In this document: positions 51,681 to 63,540 of the stretch, in pieces
Numbering within the stretch: position 1 is the first letter of the stretch
Layout: each line of letters starts with the position of its first letter
NCBI RefSeq assembly: GCF_963676685.1
Contig: NC_092344.1
Span: 20,150,001 to 20,214,000 of the forward strand
DNA from: Mytilus edulis
Lineage: Eukaryota
Length of the DNA stretch: 64,000 bases
Reading direction: 5' to 3'
Made by a program: the position numbers and the translations under genes
The notes under the pieces: generated by a model
Databases searched by the model: none
Told to the model about the DNA's origin: nothing
What the model saw: the letters and a program-made list of their open reading frames with translations, nothing else

Positions 51681-52789
51681 CCTAAATCCACTTTGGCCGG
51701 CAAAAGTATGTAAGCACATGCTGCCCCAGTTTGTGTTTTTCAAATCATATGACTGTCATGTGACATGGTTTTACATTTAAGCGGGAATCACTGTAGAACA
51801 AATGATCGTCGCTTATATAATTTTCTATTGTTTATCGATTTTTTTCATTCATTGTACGAAGTATACATTGATAAATGTTTTAATGTCAATGTTGTTTTAT
51901 GAATGCAATTATTTCTTATTTTCAAGTATATGGAATATATATGTCACTTTGATAAATTTTGAACAATTTTATATAAAATTTGAAATAAAATATAGGTTAC
52001 ATTTAAATTAAAGAAAAAAATTGTGTTGCTATCAACATGATCATAAAAGTGACTGTAAATGTCAAAATTTGTTATTAAAATTAAATTTGTTGAATAGTGT
52101 TAACTTTAAATTATCCGGATTGAAGCAATTTTTCGAACATCAGGTACACTGCAAGTGGTTTTTACTGGTTTGTTTATAGTGCGTCATTACTGGTACCCAT
52201 CATAAGTTGACAGTCCGTTTGTAATGTTAGCAAACATGATTTTTATTGCTTTTACTGTTTCAAAAATCAACTGTTTAATGATTGAAATACATTAACAAGT
52301 CATCAATCTTTCATTCTGTTCCGTGTTTCTTTTTCTTTTAAATGGTAGATTAAATGCAGAGACAAACACAACGTTAGGTGCGTCATTACTGGTTCCTCGG
52401 GGATAGTTGCATGTGTACACTTATCATAAAAAGACATACAGCAAATATAACTATCTCAGGGTTGATTCTTTTACCATCGTACACAGCCAAAACTGGCCTA
52501 CACCTCCTTGGGTTGGCTAGGCTTCTCGAATTGCAAAATAATTTTCATCAACAAAAAGTTACACCGGAAATCATAAAAGTAAATGGAATCCAAATCGGAT
52601 ATTGTTTTCCGGAAAGAAATCTTGTGATGTAAATTAAATACTGGATTTTTAAAAACTTTTGAAATCAGAATGTTGTACTTTTGTGTATTTTGTATCTACC
52701 CTTGTATTTTGACAGATAATTGTATATTGTATTCTAACGAAAATTAAATGCAATTTGCAGTTTCCTTTTAATTCAGCATCAATGCTTTA

Positions 52790-52987
52790 TATAGATTAGA
52801 CCGTTGGTTTTCCCGTTTGAATGGTTTTACACTAGTAATTTTGGGGCCCTTTATAGCTTGTTGTTCGGTGTGAGCTAAGGCTCCGTGTTGAAGGCCGTAC
52901 TTTAACCTATAATGGTTTACTTTTTAAATTGTTATTTGTATGGAGAGTTGTCTCATTGGCACTCACACCACATCTTCCTATATCTAT
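52790..52987 (+). mobile_element. Family-B interspersed repeat 3' tail
   Basis: TGTTGAAGGCCGTAC..ACCTATAATGG..GGAGAGTTGTCTCATTGGCACTCACACCACATCTTCCTATATCTAT. Related copies occur at 5943-6080, 24926-24980, 54989-55625, 57467-57660 and 63541-63616. Confidence 0.8.
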
Positions 52988-53327
52988 TTTAAGACTGCTC
53001 GGCAGTACGATGATTGGTTCGTGTTGATTGTGAGTAGTAAACATGCATACACATATGGTATATTGGTACAAATTAGTAATATATATATGGGGAAAATCTA
53101 GAAAGACAGCTGGATATAACATATTTACCAGTCCAAGGAGACAAGGAAAAAGGTAAGATAATGTAAAGAGGACTGATAGGCCGGCGAAGGGAGACTGGAG
53201 AGGAAAGATCAACAGCCCATCACATGTACACCAAAACTAAAGGAATTCGAGCAAAAAATACAAGGATCCCGTCGTGCATATGAAATTACATAAAAAATAT
53301 AGTAATACCTAAAGAGGAAATCTACTA

Positions 53328-54428
53328 ACACAAGTAATAATAAACAGCTGCGCCATGAGCGCATGATACGCCCGACGTCTTGTGTGGAAGTTTTATGCAA
53401 TAATTATAAACTAGTTTCTAAGAAAGTTTTAAGCAATAACCATATATTGTTTTTGAGACACGACAGGACATGTGAAACCCCCAACCCTGTTTTATTTTAC
53501 AAAAAACTAAATATCACTAAAATAAAATTTTGAATCAAAACCAAAAAGTATACAGATCTTTAGATTAATATAACAAAGAAGTGTGTAAAGTTTTAAGCAA
53601 TAATCATAAATTATTTTTGAGATACGGCGCGACATGTAAAAAAAACCTCCCCTGTTTAACAAAATACTCAATAACTCCAAAATAAAGTTTTGAATCATCA
53701 CCAAAAAGTATACAGATCTTTAGATTAATATAACAAAGAAGGGTGTAAAGTTTTAAACAATAATCATAAATTGTTTTTGAGATACGGCACAACATGTAAA
53801 AAAAAACCCTCCCCCTTTTTTACAAAATACTCAAAAACTCAAAAATGAAATTTTGAATCATCACCAAAAAGTATACAGATCTTCAGATTAATATAACAAA
53901 GACATGTGTAAAGTTTTAAGCAATAATCATAAATCGTTTTTGAGATATGGTGCGACATGTAAAAAACCCTCCCCCTTTTTTACAAAATACTCAATAACTC
54001 AAAAATAAAATTTGAATCATCACCAACATGTATACAAATATTAAGATTAATATAACTAAGAAGTGTTTAAAGTTTTAAGCCATAATCAAGAATCGTTTTT
54101 GAGATACGGTGCGACATGTGAAAAAAACACACCCCTGTTTTACTTACAAAGTGCCGTAACTCAAAAAGTTTTAATTTTATTTTCACCAAAAAGTATACAG
54201 ATCATTTGACCATCATAAGAAACAACTATGTTAAGTTTCATGAAATTTGGATAAGTCGTTCTCAAGTTACGGTGCGACATGTTTACGCCGGACAGACAGA
54301 CAGACAGACGGACGGACAGACTTACAGACAGACGGACGGACGGACGGACGGACGGACGGACGGACGGACGGACACCGGACATTTGTATACCATAAAACGT
54401 CCCGTCAAAATTTTGACGGGCGTATAAA
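53328..54428 (+). mobile_element. HINE/DINE-1-like element with ~160-bp internal tandem repeats and a (GACA)/(GGAC)n microsatellite
   Basis: SubTIRs ATACGCCCG / CGGGCGTAT; GTATACAGATC at 53548, 53708 and 53871; microsatellite at 54290-54372; 3' hairpin CCCGTCAAAATTTTGACGGG. Confidence 0.85.
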
Positions 54429-54988
54429 AACTGTTAACCTGCTGTTTTCAACCCACTGTCTTTCATCTGTTCTGTTAGAACTGGCGAGTTTCCTATTATC
54501 TGTTACTTTATACTTAAAGTGTTCACTGTTTTTGACATAATTTATCTCTGTTACATGTTTTTCCGAGGGAAAAAAAATGAAAATTATCAGTTCTAAGACA
54601 GGTCCTATAGTGCTATCCATTCTCTTTTAGAGACATGATATAAGGAAAAATGCTTCGCTTTAAGAGATATACAAAGGATCCAGAAGATTTGCAAACGCAA
54701 TGTGTTTTTTTTTCTAGACGCCCGAGGAAAAGGGGATATAATAAAAATGAAGTTAAAACTGTTTAAAGAAAATGACACAATTTGAATTGTTCAACCCAAA
54801 TTTGAAGGCTGTAACAGCTGCCTCACAGTGTTTTCATGACAGAAAAAACCCTGAAAGAACACAATTTTAATCACTGGGATGAATTAAAAGATTACTGTGA
54901 CGAAGAATCGAATCTTTTGATAAAAGCCCTCTTATAATACTTCCATGGTGTAACTATGTCTACTTGTGTTAACTTATGTCTTTTGATT

Positions 54989-55625
54989 ATAAAAAAAGAA
55001 GATGTGGTATGGTTGCCAATGAGACAACTCTCCACAAGAGACCAAAATCACACAGAAATTAACAACTATAGGTCACCGTACGGCCTTCAACAATGAGCAA
55101 AGTCAGCTATAAAAGGCACCATTTCAATTAATATTTCAGTTATAGTGTGTCTTTCTATGTTGTGATGTTACACTATTGTTGTACTAAGAGTGAATAAAGG
55201 TTTGGTACCATTAAAACGTTTAAACCCGCTGCAATTGTTTGCGCCTGTCCTAAGTTAGGAATCTTATGTTCAGTAGTTGTCGTTTGTTGGTGTGGTTCAT
55301 AAGTATTTCTTGTTCCTTGTTTTCTTTATAGATTAGACCGTTGGTTTCCCGTTTGAATGGTTTATAGTAGTAATTTTTTAGGGCCCTTTATAGCTTGCTG
55401 TTCGGTGTGAGCCAATGATCCGTGCTGAAGAACGTACTTTGACCTATAATGGTTTACTTTTATAAATTGTGACTTGGATGGAGAGTTGTCTTATAGGCAC
55501 TCATACCACATCTTCTTATATCCCTAAAGACCATACTTAGACCTTTAATGATTATTTTTTTACAAATTGTGACTTATATGGAGAGTCGTCTCATTGGCAC
55601 TCGTACCAAATCTTCTTATATCTAT
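54989..55625. mobile_element. Two family-B copies in opposite orientation, the second with a duplicated tail
   Basis: 54989-55118 (-) abuts ~55125-55625 (+). The GACCT..AATG..GGAGAGT..CATCTTCTTATATC tail is repeated at 55440-55522 and 55540-55624. Confidence 0.7.
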
Positions 55626-55968
55626 TAAATGTCATTTCATAGCACGCTGGTGTTTAAATGCCATTTCATTGCACATTAATATACTGTAAGTAGTTATATT
55701 TATATATCATGAGCTAAAAGTAAAAATCCTAAAGACATATAAAAGTCAAGACACATATAGTCATCACGGTTCAGTTTTTGCATGATATCTCAAGCACAGC
55801 GAATAAACAGCTCTTTTTATCTATCTGCATTGCCCATTGTACATTTTCTAGTTTTTCTCTCTATCCCTGTTCGTCAATATAACTATATTTAATGTTATAA
55901 ACCGACTGTTGTTCAGTGATCGTGACATATTCAATATTTCCTTCGCTAGTCGATAACTTTAAACTCTA

Positions 55969-56150
55969 CTAGAACAAACCCGTGATATCACGGGTCTGTG
56001 ACTGAATTAAAGAATATAACTATGCGTAAGCCTTATTTTAGTATTGGTATTGTCATCTGATAAAGTCATGCCGATTATAAGATGCTCAGTTTTCTCTGCT
56101 TTCAACATCTTTCTGTTTGAACCCGTCGACCTGGAACATATCAATTATTG
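55969..56150 (-). mobile_element. Helitron 3' terminus fragment
   Basis: On the minus strand, hairpin ACCCGTGATATCACGGGT (55995-55978) is followed by TTGTT-CTAG|T. Confidence 0.6.
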
Positions 56151-56559
56151 ATTTTCTTTTGTCTGGTGATTCAAGTTTATATTCAACCTCTTAAGTAAAG
56201 CTAAAAAAGATTTGATTTTTTTAATTATATGATCAATATGAGAAGACAAATTAAGAAAGAAAGTGATGCGTCAACAAAAATACCTAAAACCTTTTTCACT
56301 TGTGCATTACTTTCTTTTATTTGTTTCCGATAATGGCTAGATCAAATATATATTCATCTGATGTAACAGAAAGCTTCTGTTTAGAGCCAATACATGTAAC
56401 TATCGTCTCAGATGCATTTACAGCCATGTAATTGTCATCACACAAGCGAGAAATATCTTGTAAAACCGTAAAAATAAAAGAAAATAATTTGTAATAATCA
56501 AAAACAGCACTAATCCTTTAGAGGTTCACCCGGGTTTTTTTTTTTGTTACTTCTTCGTC

Positions 56560-57010
56560 TATTAAAAATGTATTTGAAGTTGATGTCATTTGGTATCTGT
56601 CAGTCAACTGTGATGTAAACCAACGTAGCGAAGTATAAGCAACTTTGTATTTTTTTTTTTTAATTTCGCAAGAAGCATTTCGATCATGATTGATAAGATC
56701 AAAGGCTTTTGCTAGATCGAGAAACAACGCCCCATTAAGATCACCACCCTCTTTATCCATACATAACAAGAAAGCTGTTAACGCAGTCTGGTAAGAAGTT
56801 CAGTTGGCGCGAAAGCCTGACTGCATTCGATAAAATAAGTTGTATTTATTAAGATAATTCACAAAGTGTGTTTTCACATGTTTTTCTTGGTTTTAGAAAT
56901 GAGTGGCAAAGTTACAATTCATTATTGGTCTGTAATTAAAAACATCCTGTTTTGAACCTTTGGTCTTATGCACTGGTACGACTTGAGCAAGTTTAAATAA
57001 AGATGAAAAA
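56560..57010 (-). mobile_element. LINE (CR1/L2-type) reverse transcriptase fragment, decayed
   Basis: Peptides NYRP, QSGFRAN, GALFLDLAKAFDLINH and LRWFTSQLTDRYQ, with frameshifts. Confidence 0.85.
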
Positions 57011-57763
57011 ATACATTTTTCTTTCTTAAATTAACACGCTGAATGTTTCACCTGCTTTACTGGCCAATGATTTTATGTTGAAAAGTTTCGCTGCATTGAA
57101 GACCAATTGGTGGCCTTCTGCTGCTGTCTGCTTTGTGGTCGGGTTGTTGTCTCTTTGACACATTCCCCATTTCCATTTTGATTTTATGCTAAATAAACTA
57201 AAAACATCACAAAAACTTAACATCTTTAAAGCTCTATGGCAATGAGGTCAAGGTCACTGAGATAAATCCTGTTAGACAGACATATACACCTTACAATGTT
57301 TGTATACACTAAATAGTTAACCTATTGTTAATAGTAATTAAAAAACCAGATCAAATCACAATGACTTACCATTGAACAATGAACTATGAATATAAGGTAA
57401 AGATCACATGATACCTAACAGTCAGACATACATTGTATACCTTACAATCATTCCATGCAATACATATATAAAAAAGAAGATGTGATATGATTGCCAATGA
57501 GACAACTCTCCACAAGAGACCAAAAGGACACAGAAATTAATAAATATAGGTTACCGTACGGCCTTCATCAATGACCAAGGCCCATACCGCATAGTCAGCT
57601 ATAAAAGGCTCCGACATGACAAATGTAAAACAACGAAACACACAACAAAAAACGACAACCAGTGACCTGATTATTTCAACCATAACCCTGTTAAACTTTA
57701 TACTTGAATAGATTTCAAGATTAACATATTTTTTTAAAAGAGAATAGATCTTCGTCTTGGACA

Positions 57764-57769
57764 TTTATT
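57764..57769 (-). terminator. Polyadenylation signal of the SCP gene
   Basis: AATAAA on the minus strand about 125 nt after the stop codon. Confidence 0.45.
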
Positions 57770-57894
57770 AGTAAACTATAGTCATAACTGAAAAATACAC
57801 TAGAATATTGACGTAAAACAATTCAAATAAACACAGATAACTATACATACAATTTGAAACTGAAAAACGAAGTAAAACCTTTAATTAAAGTAAT

Positions 57895-58518
57895 TTACTG
57901 TCGACACAAAACACTAGCGATGGCTGCATCCTTGCGAGTTCCAAGCATATACTCAACCCATTCACTCACATAAACAGGTTTTGTTATACTGCCCATTTTT
58001 TCCGTGTCCATATTAGCAAACATTATTTTCACAGCTTCATCTTGTTGAATTCCTAGACAACGTAAACCTCTAATCATATCGTCGGCGGTTATTTTTCCGT
58101 CGTGGTCCGTATCATAAATGTCAAAAAATGAACCAACCATCATTTCAAAATTATTTTGAAACAGACCTTGATTCACTTCAACAAGCTGTTCAAACGCATT
58201 GGCGTACTGATCCTCTGTAATTGCTTCACCTTTATTCAATGTTTCGGAAACGTCGAAAACCGACGCTGCGTTGTCAGGCGTCAATCCCCCTTTTTTGCCA
58301 GAATTTGCCAAATCTTGTCCCTCCTTCACTAAAATATCCCATCCTTCACACAACCATTTCTTCAATAGCGAATATTGTGGATCTTTTAGTTCATATTCAC
58401 GTTTGAAAATGTCTGCTATTTCTTCGAAATCGGTTTTGCCCATTCTTCCGTTTCCTTTGATATTGTTCATTTTGAACCATGTCCTGATTTTTAAATCCAT
58501 AAACTTTTTGTCGGTCAT
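57895..58518 (-). CDS. Sarcoplasmic calcium-binding protein-like EF-hand protein, intronless, 207 aa
   Basis: First ATG at 58518 (MTDKKFMDLKIRTWF). EF loop FFDIYDTDHDGKITADD, MFANMDTEKMGSIT, C-terminal EWVEY; SCP/calexcitin-like layout. Confidence 0.85.
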   Translation of the reverse strand: MTDKKFMDLKIRTWFKMNNIKGNGRMGKTDFEEIADIFKREYELKDPQYSLLKKWLCEGWDILVKEGQDLANSGKKGGLTPDNAASVFDVSETLNKGEAITEDQYANAFEQLVEVNQGLFQNNFEMMVGSFFDIYDTDHDGKITADDMIRGLRCLGIQQDEAVKIMFANMDTEKMGSITKPVYVSEWVEYMLGTRKDAAIASVLCRQ

Positions 58519-58605
58519 CTTTTTCAATTTGTATGCAACTTGACTGGCTATTTTTCCTTCTCGATAGAATCTGTGATACGCTATGGATGAAATTGGTCAT
58601 GTGGG

Positions 58606-58613
58606 CTTTTATA
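58606..58613 (-). promoter_or_regulatory. TATA box of the SCP gene
   Basis: TATAAAAG on the minus strand about 90 nt upstream of the ATG. Confidence 0.5.
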
Positions 58614-59202
58614 ATGATTTGAAGCTGAAGCAAAGTAAGGCGATTGGGTATAATTATACGTCTTGTAGGTCGTAGCCAGTGCGTAAATTAAAATACAATC
58701 CGATTTCATGGTGTTCCGTCGAGTCAAATTAATCAGATTTAAAATATCATGCAACAACCTCCCTCGTTAAAATGAAACTTCAAGAAGATACATCACAAGA
58801 GATAACGGTATCAGGAATGGATGGATTAAAGATGACACTGAGCAACTACATAGAAAAATAAATAAATAAAGGGCTAGATATTTATAACCGAAGTACTTTT
58901 AGTATTAAATATCTCGATAGTTAGATTACACTATAAAGTCAAATCAATCCTTGAGTATTGGGCATGATATGTGAAATTTGATTACAGTCTGTTTTTAAAA
59001 ACATGTATTTATAAGTGTTATCAAATTGCGTTCATTGATGGTCAATTTAAAATAGATTGCGTTTATTGACCGGTCAATTAAAAAAAAAAGACTAAGTAGA
59101 TGAACTACCATATCCTACTACATATTTTTTCGGTGTCTTCCTTCTGTTCTCTCTAAAACGTAAAATCACAAAAATTTTGAACTTCGAAGAAAATTCAATA
59201 AA

Positions 59203-59760
59203 TTGCGTCGCCGAGCGCAGCTGGATACGACCGCAGAGGTCCAACCCTGAACAGTTGGGGCAATAATGGACACAATATTCGCGCTTGATGCAGGTCTGAA
59301 TTTGGATTGTAATTAAATATTTGACACATAATAGGTTTCTGACACAGAATTACTGCAGTAAAAAAACTTAGAATTGGTAATATGATTTGAATTTATATTC
59401 AATTTTTTGCTTTTGTGCAATACACTATGCTGTTGCGAATTGCACTTTTTTTTTTTTATCTCTTGTGCAATACACGATACTGTTGCGAATTGGCCTCCCC
59501 CCCCAAAAAAAAATATCCCCCTTCTTTGGCTTTTGTGCAATACACTATGCTGTTGTGTATTAATCCCCCCCCAAAGATACCCCATTTTTTGGATTTTGTG
59601 CAATACACTATGCTGTTGTGTATAACCCCCCTCCCCCCATAACAAATTTTGTATCCCCCTTTTTAAAAAAATGTCCTCCCCTCCCCCATTTTTTTTAATT
59701 TGTCACCCCCCCCCTATTTTTCCAAAAATAAAATTCTTTCCATCAAGATATGGTCATTAT
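59203..59760 (+). repeat. Interspersed element with internal 50-70-bp repeats
   Basis: TGTGCAATACACTATGCTGTTG-type motif at 59414, 59465, 59534 and 59597; explains the overlapping ORFs here. Confidence 0.65.
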
Positions 59761-59946
59761 ATTAATTCAAATTTTCAATGGAGTTTGCAACCATAATTTA
59801 AATACATCATAAACGTCTTAAAATAGAAAATGACATACAATATCATGGCTAAAATCAATATTCTTTAATCAGCATTTAATAGTAACTTCTAAAAATAAAT
59901 TGAAAGCTAATCACCTCAAGACAATACAACATGTCTTTATACATAA

Positions 59947-60393
59947 TAGAATGAAATTCAAAACAGTGTAGCCGTGGCCATTGATTGATACATTAAATTT
60001 GTCCATTAACTTGGAAAATTTAGGTAAACGTTTGTATGTAACGACCACTGTTCACTGTGCACTTTTTAAAGGCACTCAAACTATGGGGTCACCAAAGGTT
60101 CTCAACACCTAAATAAAGTAATTCGAACAATTAATCAGAAATAACACGATGTTTTGATTTTTATCAATTATATAAATCAAAACATAAAAGTTATTCCTGA
60201 TTAATTTTTCAAATTATTTTATAATTAAAGGCGTTATGAAACCTTTGGTGACCCCACAGTTTAAATGTCTATCGTAGGTACGTTGTGAACTGTGGTCGTT
60301 ACAGACAAACGTTCACGTAAATTGTCTCAGTCAATGGACGAATTTAATGTGTCAATCAATGGCCACAGCTACACTGTTTTGAATTTCATTCTA
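59947..60393. mobile_element. Palindromic MITE (near whole-length inverted repeat)
   Basis: TAGAATGAAATTCAAAACAGTGTAGC... / ...GCTACACTGTTTTGAATTTCATTCTA. Pairing continues inward through GGGGTCACCAAAGGTT / AACCTTTGGTGACCCC. Confidence 0.85.
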
Positions 60394-61416
60394 AAAAATC
60401 AGTTTAAGGGAGGTAATCCAAAAACAACATTGTACCTGCTTTTAAATTTTAAAAGTTAATAGAAACAAATAAAATGACAATTTTCTTCTCTATTACGAAG
60501 TGTTTTATTTTAAAAACACCATTTGCCTAAGGTTTCAATTTATCTATTACATAGTTAAGCAGAACAATTAGATATCAAGTCGACGACATGGGTATCTATC
60601 AAGTTGGATGTAGAAAATGCATAACCTCCGATTAAAAAAAAATTACCACGGACGGAGAACATATCAATCTATTAGTTCAGTAATTTTCGTGTCTGCCTTT
60701 CCATTATGTGACTCAAGAAATAAATTTCTAAAAAATGGGTAACAATTGTATCGAAAAGAGAAAATTCAGATTCTATCATTTTTATATATCAAAGCTACAG
60801 GTTGACTTTATAACATAAAAAAATCACAGAACTAAAAGATGAAATATATGGGTCAAGTGAAATATCTATCTAATGAATCATAAAAACAGAGTAGGGTGTG
60901 TTCGAATAGCTATTTTTTTACTAAAAGTACTTGACAACAGTCTTTTTAGTTGGATGATGAAAATGCATAGCTTCGAAAAAAAAAAATTGTGTGTGATAAC
61001 TAAGGTTTATAGTCATCAACCACTAAAAAAATCTAGCCTGCCCTTCCACGAAATATTAAATTAGATTTTTTTTAAATGTTTATGAATTTTCAAAAATTCC
61101 ACCTGACAACCGATTAGACAATAGTTTTCAGTTGAATCAATGGCAGACAAGATCATAAACTGATGCTCATTAGCTAGTAGATACATTTGTATTTTAAAAT
61201 TTGTATTTTAAAATAATTACATTAGATGTATGTTTCATTTTAATACTTTATTCTGATTGGCTAATTGCACATCACGTGTTATTCCTTCAGCAACTGCATC
61301 ACTCAATAAAACTTATCATCCATTATAACACGTGGTCCCACAATAAAGTGCACAGGTGAATTAAACAAAAATAATCAAATTCGTGTTTTTATGATCATAG
61401 CTAAAAAATGTAATTA

Positions 61417-61575
61417 TAAGTATTGAATGCTTCTTTTTGTAACTTCATAGGGTTTTAAAAGCGTTGACCGTGCGTACATTTTTAGAATGAAGCGCTTCCG
61501 CGCTTCATACAAAATGTACTTCGGTCAACGCTTTTACACCCCAATGAATTTACAAAAAGAAGCATTCAATTCTTA
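61417..61575. repeat. ~160-bp imperfect hairpin, probably part of a small transposon
   Basis: TTGAATGCTTCTTTTTGTAA..AAAAGCGTTGACCG..ATGAAGCGC / GCGCTTCAT..CGGTCAACGCTTTT..TTACAAAAAGAAGCATTCAA. Confidence 0.85.
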
Positions 61576-61756
61576 AATACAACTGACATATAAGGATCGT
61601 AATGGTGCTATGCGGATAAATTTATCGGTTTTCAAGAGCAAAATTGGCTGCACGTCACCCCTACAATGGCACCCATTTTTTGCGATTGTGAAAATTAACT
61701 GGCGTAATGGGGAGATAATTTTGACAAAGTAGAATCCTGACTGAGTAATTGTTCAT

Positions 61757-62162
61757 TAACCAGGAAACCCTTGTTTTTCCACCTTTTTTGCCCTTAATTC
61801 CAAAACAGTTTTAGCCATAACCCCACAAAGCCAATCCTAACCATCCCTTTGTGGTAGGGAAACTTGTGGTATTATTTCAGAGAGATGCATAAACCGTTAT
61901 TGTCTGGAAACTAGAAAAATGCTTATTTGGGCCCACTTTTTGCCCATAATTCCTAAACTGTTGGGACCATAACCCCCACAATCAATCCGAACCGTCCTTT
62001 TGTGGTTATAAACCTTGTCTTTAAATATCATAGATTTTTATTTACTTATACGAAACTTTATTATTGTCCGGAAACCAAATGTCTTCGGACGACGTTGACT
62101 ACGCTGACGACGTGATACCAATATATACGACCGAAAATTCAAGTTTTTCGGTCGTATGAAAA
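61757..62162 (+). mobile_element. HINE-like 3' fragment
   Basis: Internal ~165-bp duplication, a GACGAC microsatellite remnant, and terminal hairpin TACGACCGAAAA..TTTTCGGTCGTA. Confidence 0.55.
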
Positions 62163-62320
62163 GGAAAGTCCCTAATCAAATGAAACAATCAAAGGCTAAA
62201 ATACTAGTACCTCAAATGCAGATAGCAATGAAATTTTAAAAGTATTTATTCTTTGATATAGTAATTTTAAACACATTTATTACGATTTTAAAAGGATGAG
62301 ATATGAACGCAAATTATTAA

Positions 62321-63195
62321 TAAAATTGAGAATGGAAATGGGGAATGTGTCAAAGAGACAACAACCCGACCAAATAAAAAACAACAGCAGAGGGTCACCA
62401 ACAGGTCTTCAATGTAGCGAGAAATTCCCGCACCCGGAGGCGTCCTTCAGCTGGCCCCTAAACAAATATATACTAGTCCAGTGATAATAAACGCCATACT
62501 AATTTCCAAATTGTACACAAGAAACTAAAATTAAAATAATACAAGACTAACGAAGGCCAGAGGCTCCCGACTTGGGACAGGCGCAAAAATGCGGCGGGGT
62601 TAAACATGTTTGTGAGATCTCAACCCTCCCGCTATACCTCTAACCAATGTAGAAAAGTAAACGCACAACAATACGCACATTAAAATTCAGTTCAAGAGAA
62701 GTCCGAGTCTGATGTCAGAAGATGTAACCAAAGAAAATAAACAAAATGACAATAATACATAAATAACAACAGACTACTAGCAGTTAACTGACATGCCAGC
62801 CCCAGACTTCAATTAAACTGACTGAAAGATTATGATTTCATCATATGAACATCAGGCACAATCCTTCCCGTTAGGGGTTTAGTATCATACCATCATAACA
62901 TATATGAGAAGAACATATCCCGTGTCATGCCAACAACTGTTTTTAGACGGAATAAATGTGTTTAGTTCCGATGCAAAGACCTTATCAGTGACTCAATATT
63001 AACGCCAAAATATGCAATTTTTAATGACTTGACAACAGTATCGTAATTATATCCCTTCTTAATAAGTCTATTCAAAGGTTTTGTAAGTTTCTGAGGTGAA
63101 TACTGACACCTTTGTGCTTTATAAAGAATATTTCCATAAAAAATTGGATGTGAAATACCTGAACTTATTAGAAGTCTGCATGTTGAGCTATATTT
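62321..63195 (-). mobile_element. Longest family-A copy: 5'-truncated retroelement with an ORF C-terminus and a ~640-nt 3' UTR
   Basis: Open frame 63192-62962 reads YSSTCRLLISSGISHPIFYGNILYK...LNRLIKKGYNYDTVVKSLKIAYFG...RSLHRN*. All copies share the end CCCCATTTCCATTCTCAATTTTA. Confidence 0.8.
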
Positions 63196-63344
63196 ATTAA
63201 AGCGTTATTTGCACACAGTTTAACAATCTATAGTCAGAAATTGGTTTTGTTCTAAAATTATGATATGGATTCGCATTGAAGAGTTTCATTCGGAAAGCAT
63301 GAAAACAACAAAAGTTATAAATGAACAATGGTGCATACCTATGA

Positions 63345-63540
63345 GAGCCGATGTGTAGTGGTTAGCGCATCGGACTACAAAGGTTCCTGGTTCGATCCTC
63401 GTTCAGGGGTGAAAGTTTCATATCAGGGACTGAATTTTCGGCTCTATCTTGACACCATTTACGAGTATGGTCATGAGAAACGACGATAGTCCGTCGGAAG
63501 GGGACGATAAATGGCTGACCCGTGTTAAGAGAGAGCCATA
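63345..63540 (+). mobile_element. tRNA-derived SINE
   Basis: A-box-like GTGTAGTGGTTAGC and B box GGTTCGATCCT at 63389-63399. The anticodon arm is collapsed, and a non-tRNA body follows with GTCCGTCGGAAGGGGACGATAAATGG. Confidence 0.75.

Noticed and set aside
54161-54540. Overlapping ORFs with RPSV/TDGR repeats
   Set aside because: These are translations of the (GGAC)n microsatellite.
58519-58527. TTG start for the SCP gene given in the ORF track
   Set aside because: This is a eukaryotic gene, and the first in-frame ATG is at 58518.
62825-62860. Hammerhead-like CTGATGT..TGAAA in the family-A 3' UTR (minus strand)
   Set aside because: The core is non-canonical and the flanking stems are not convincing.
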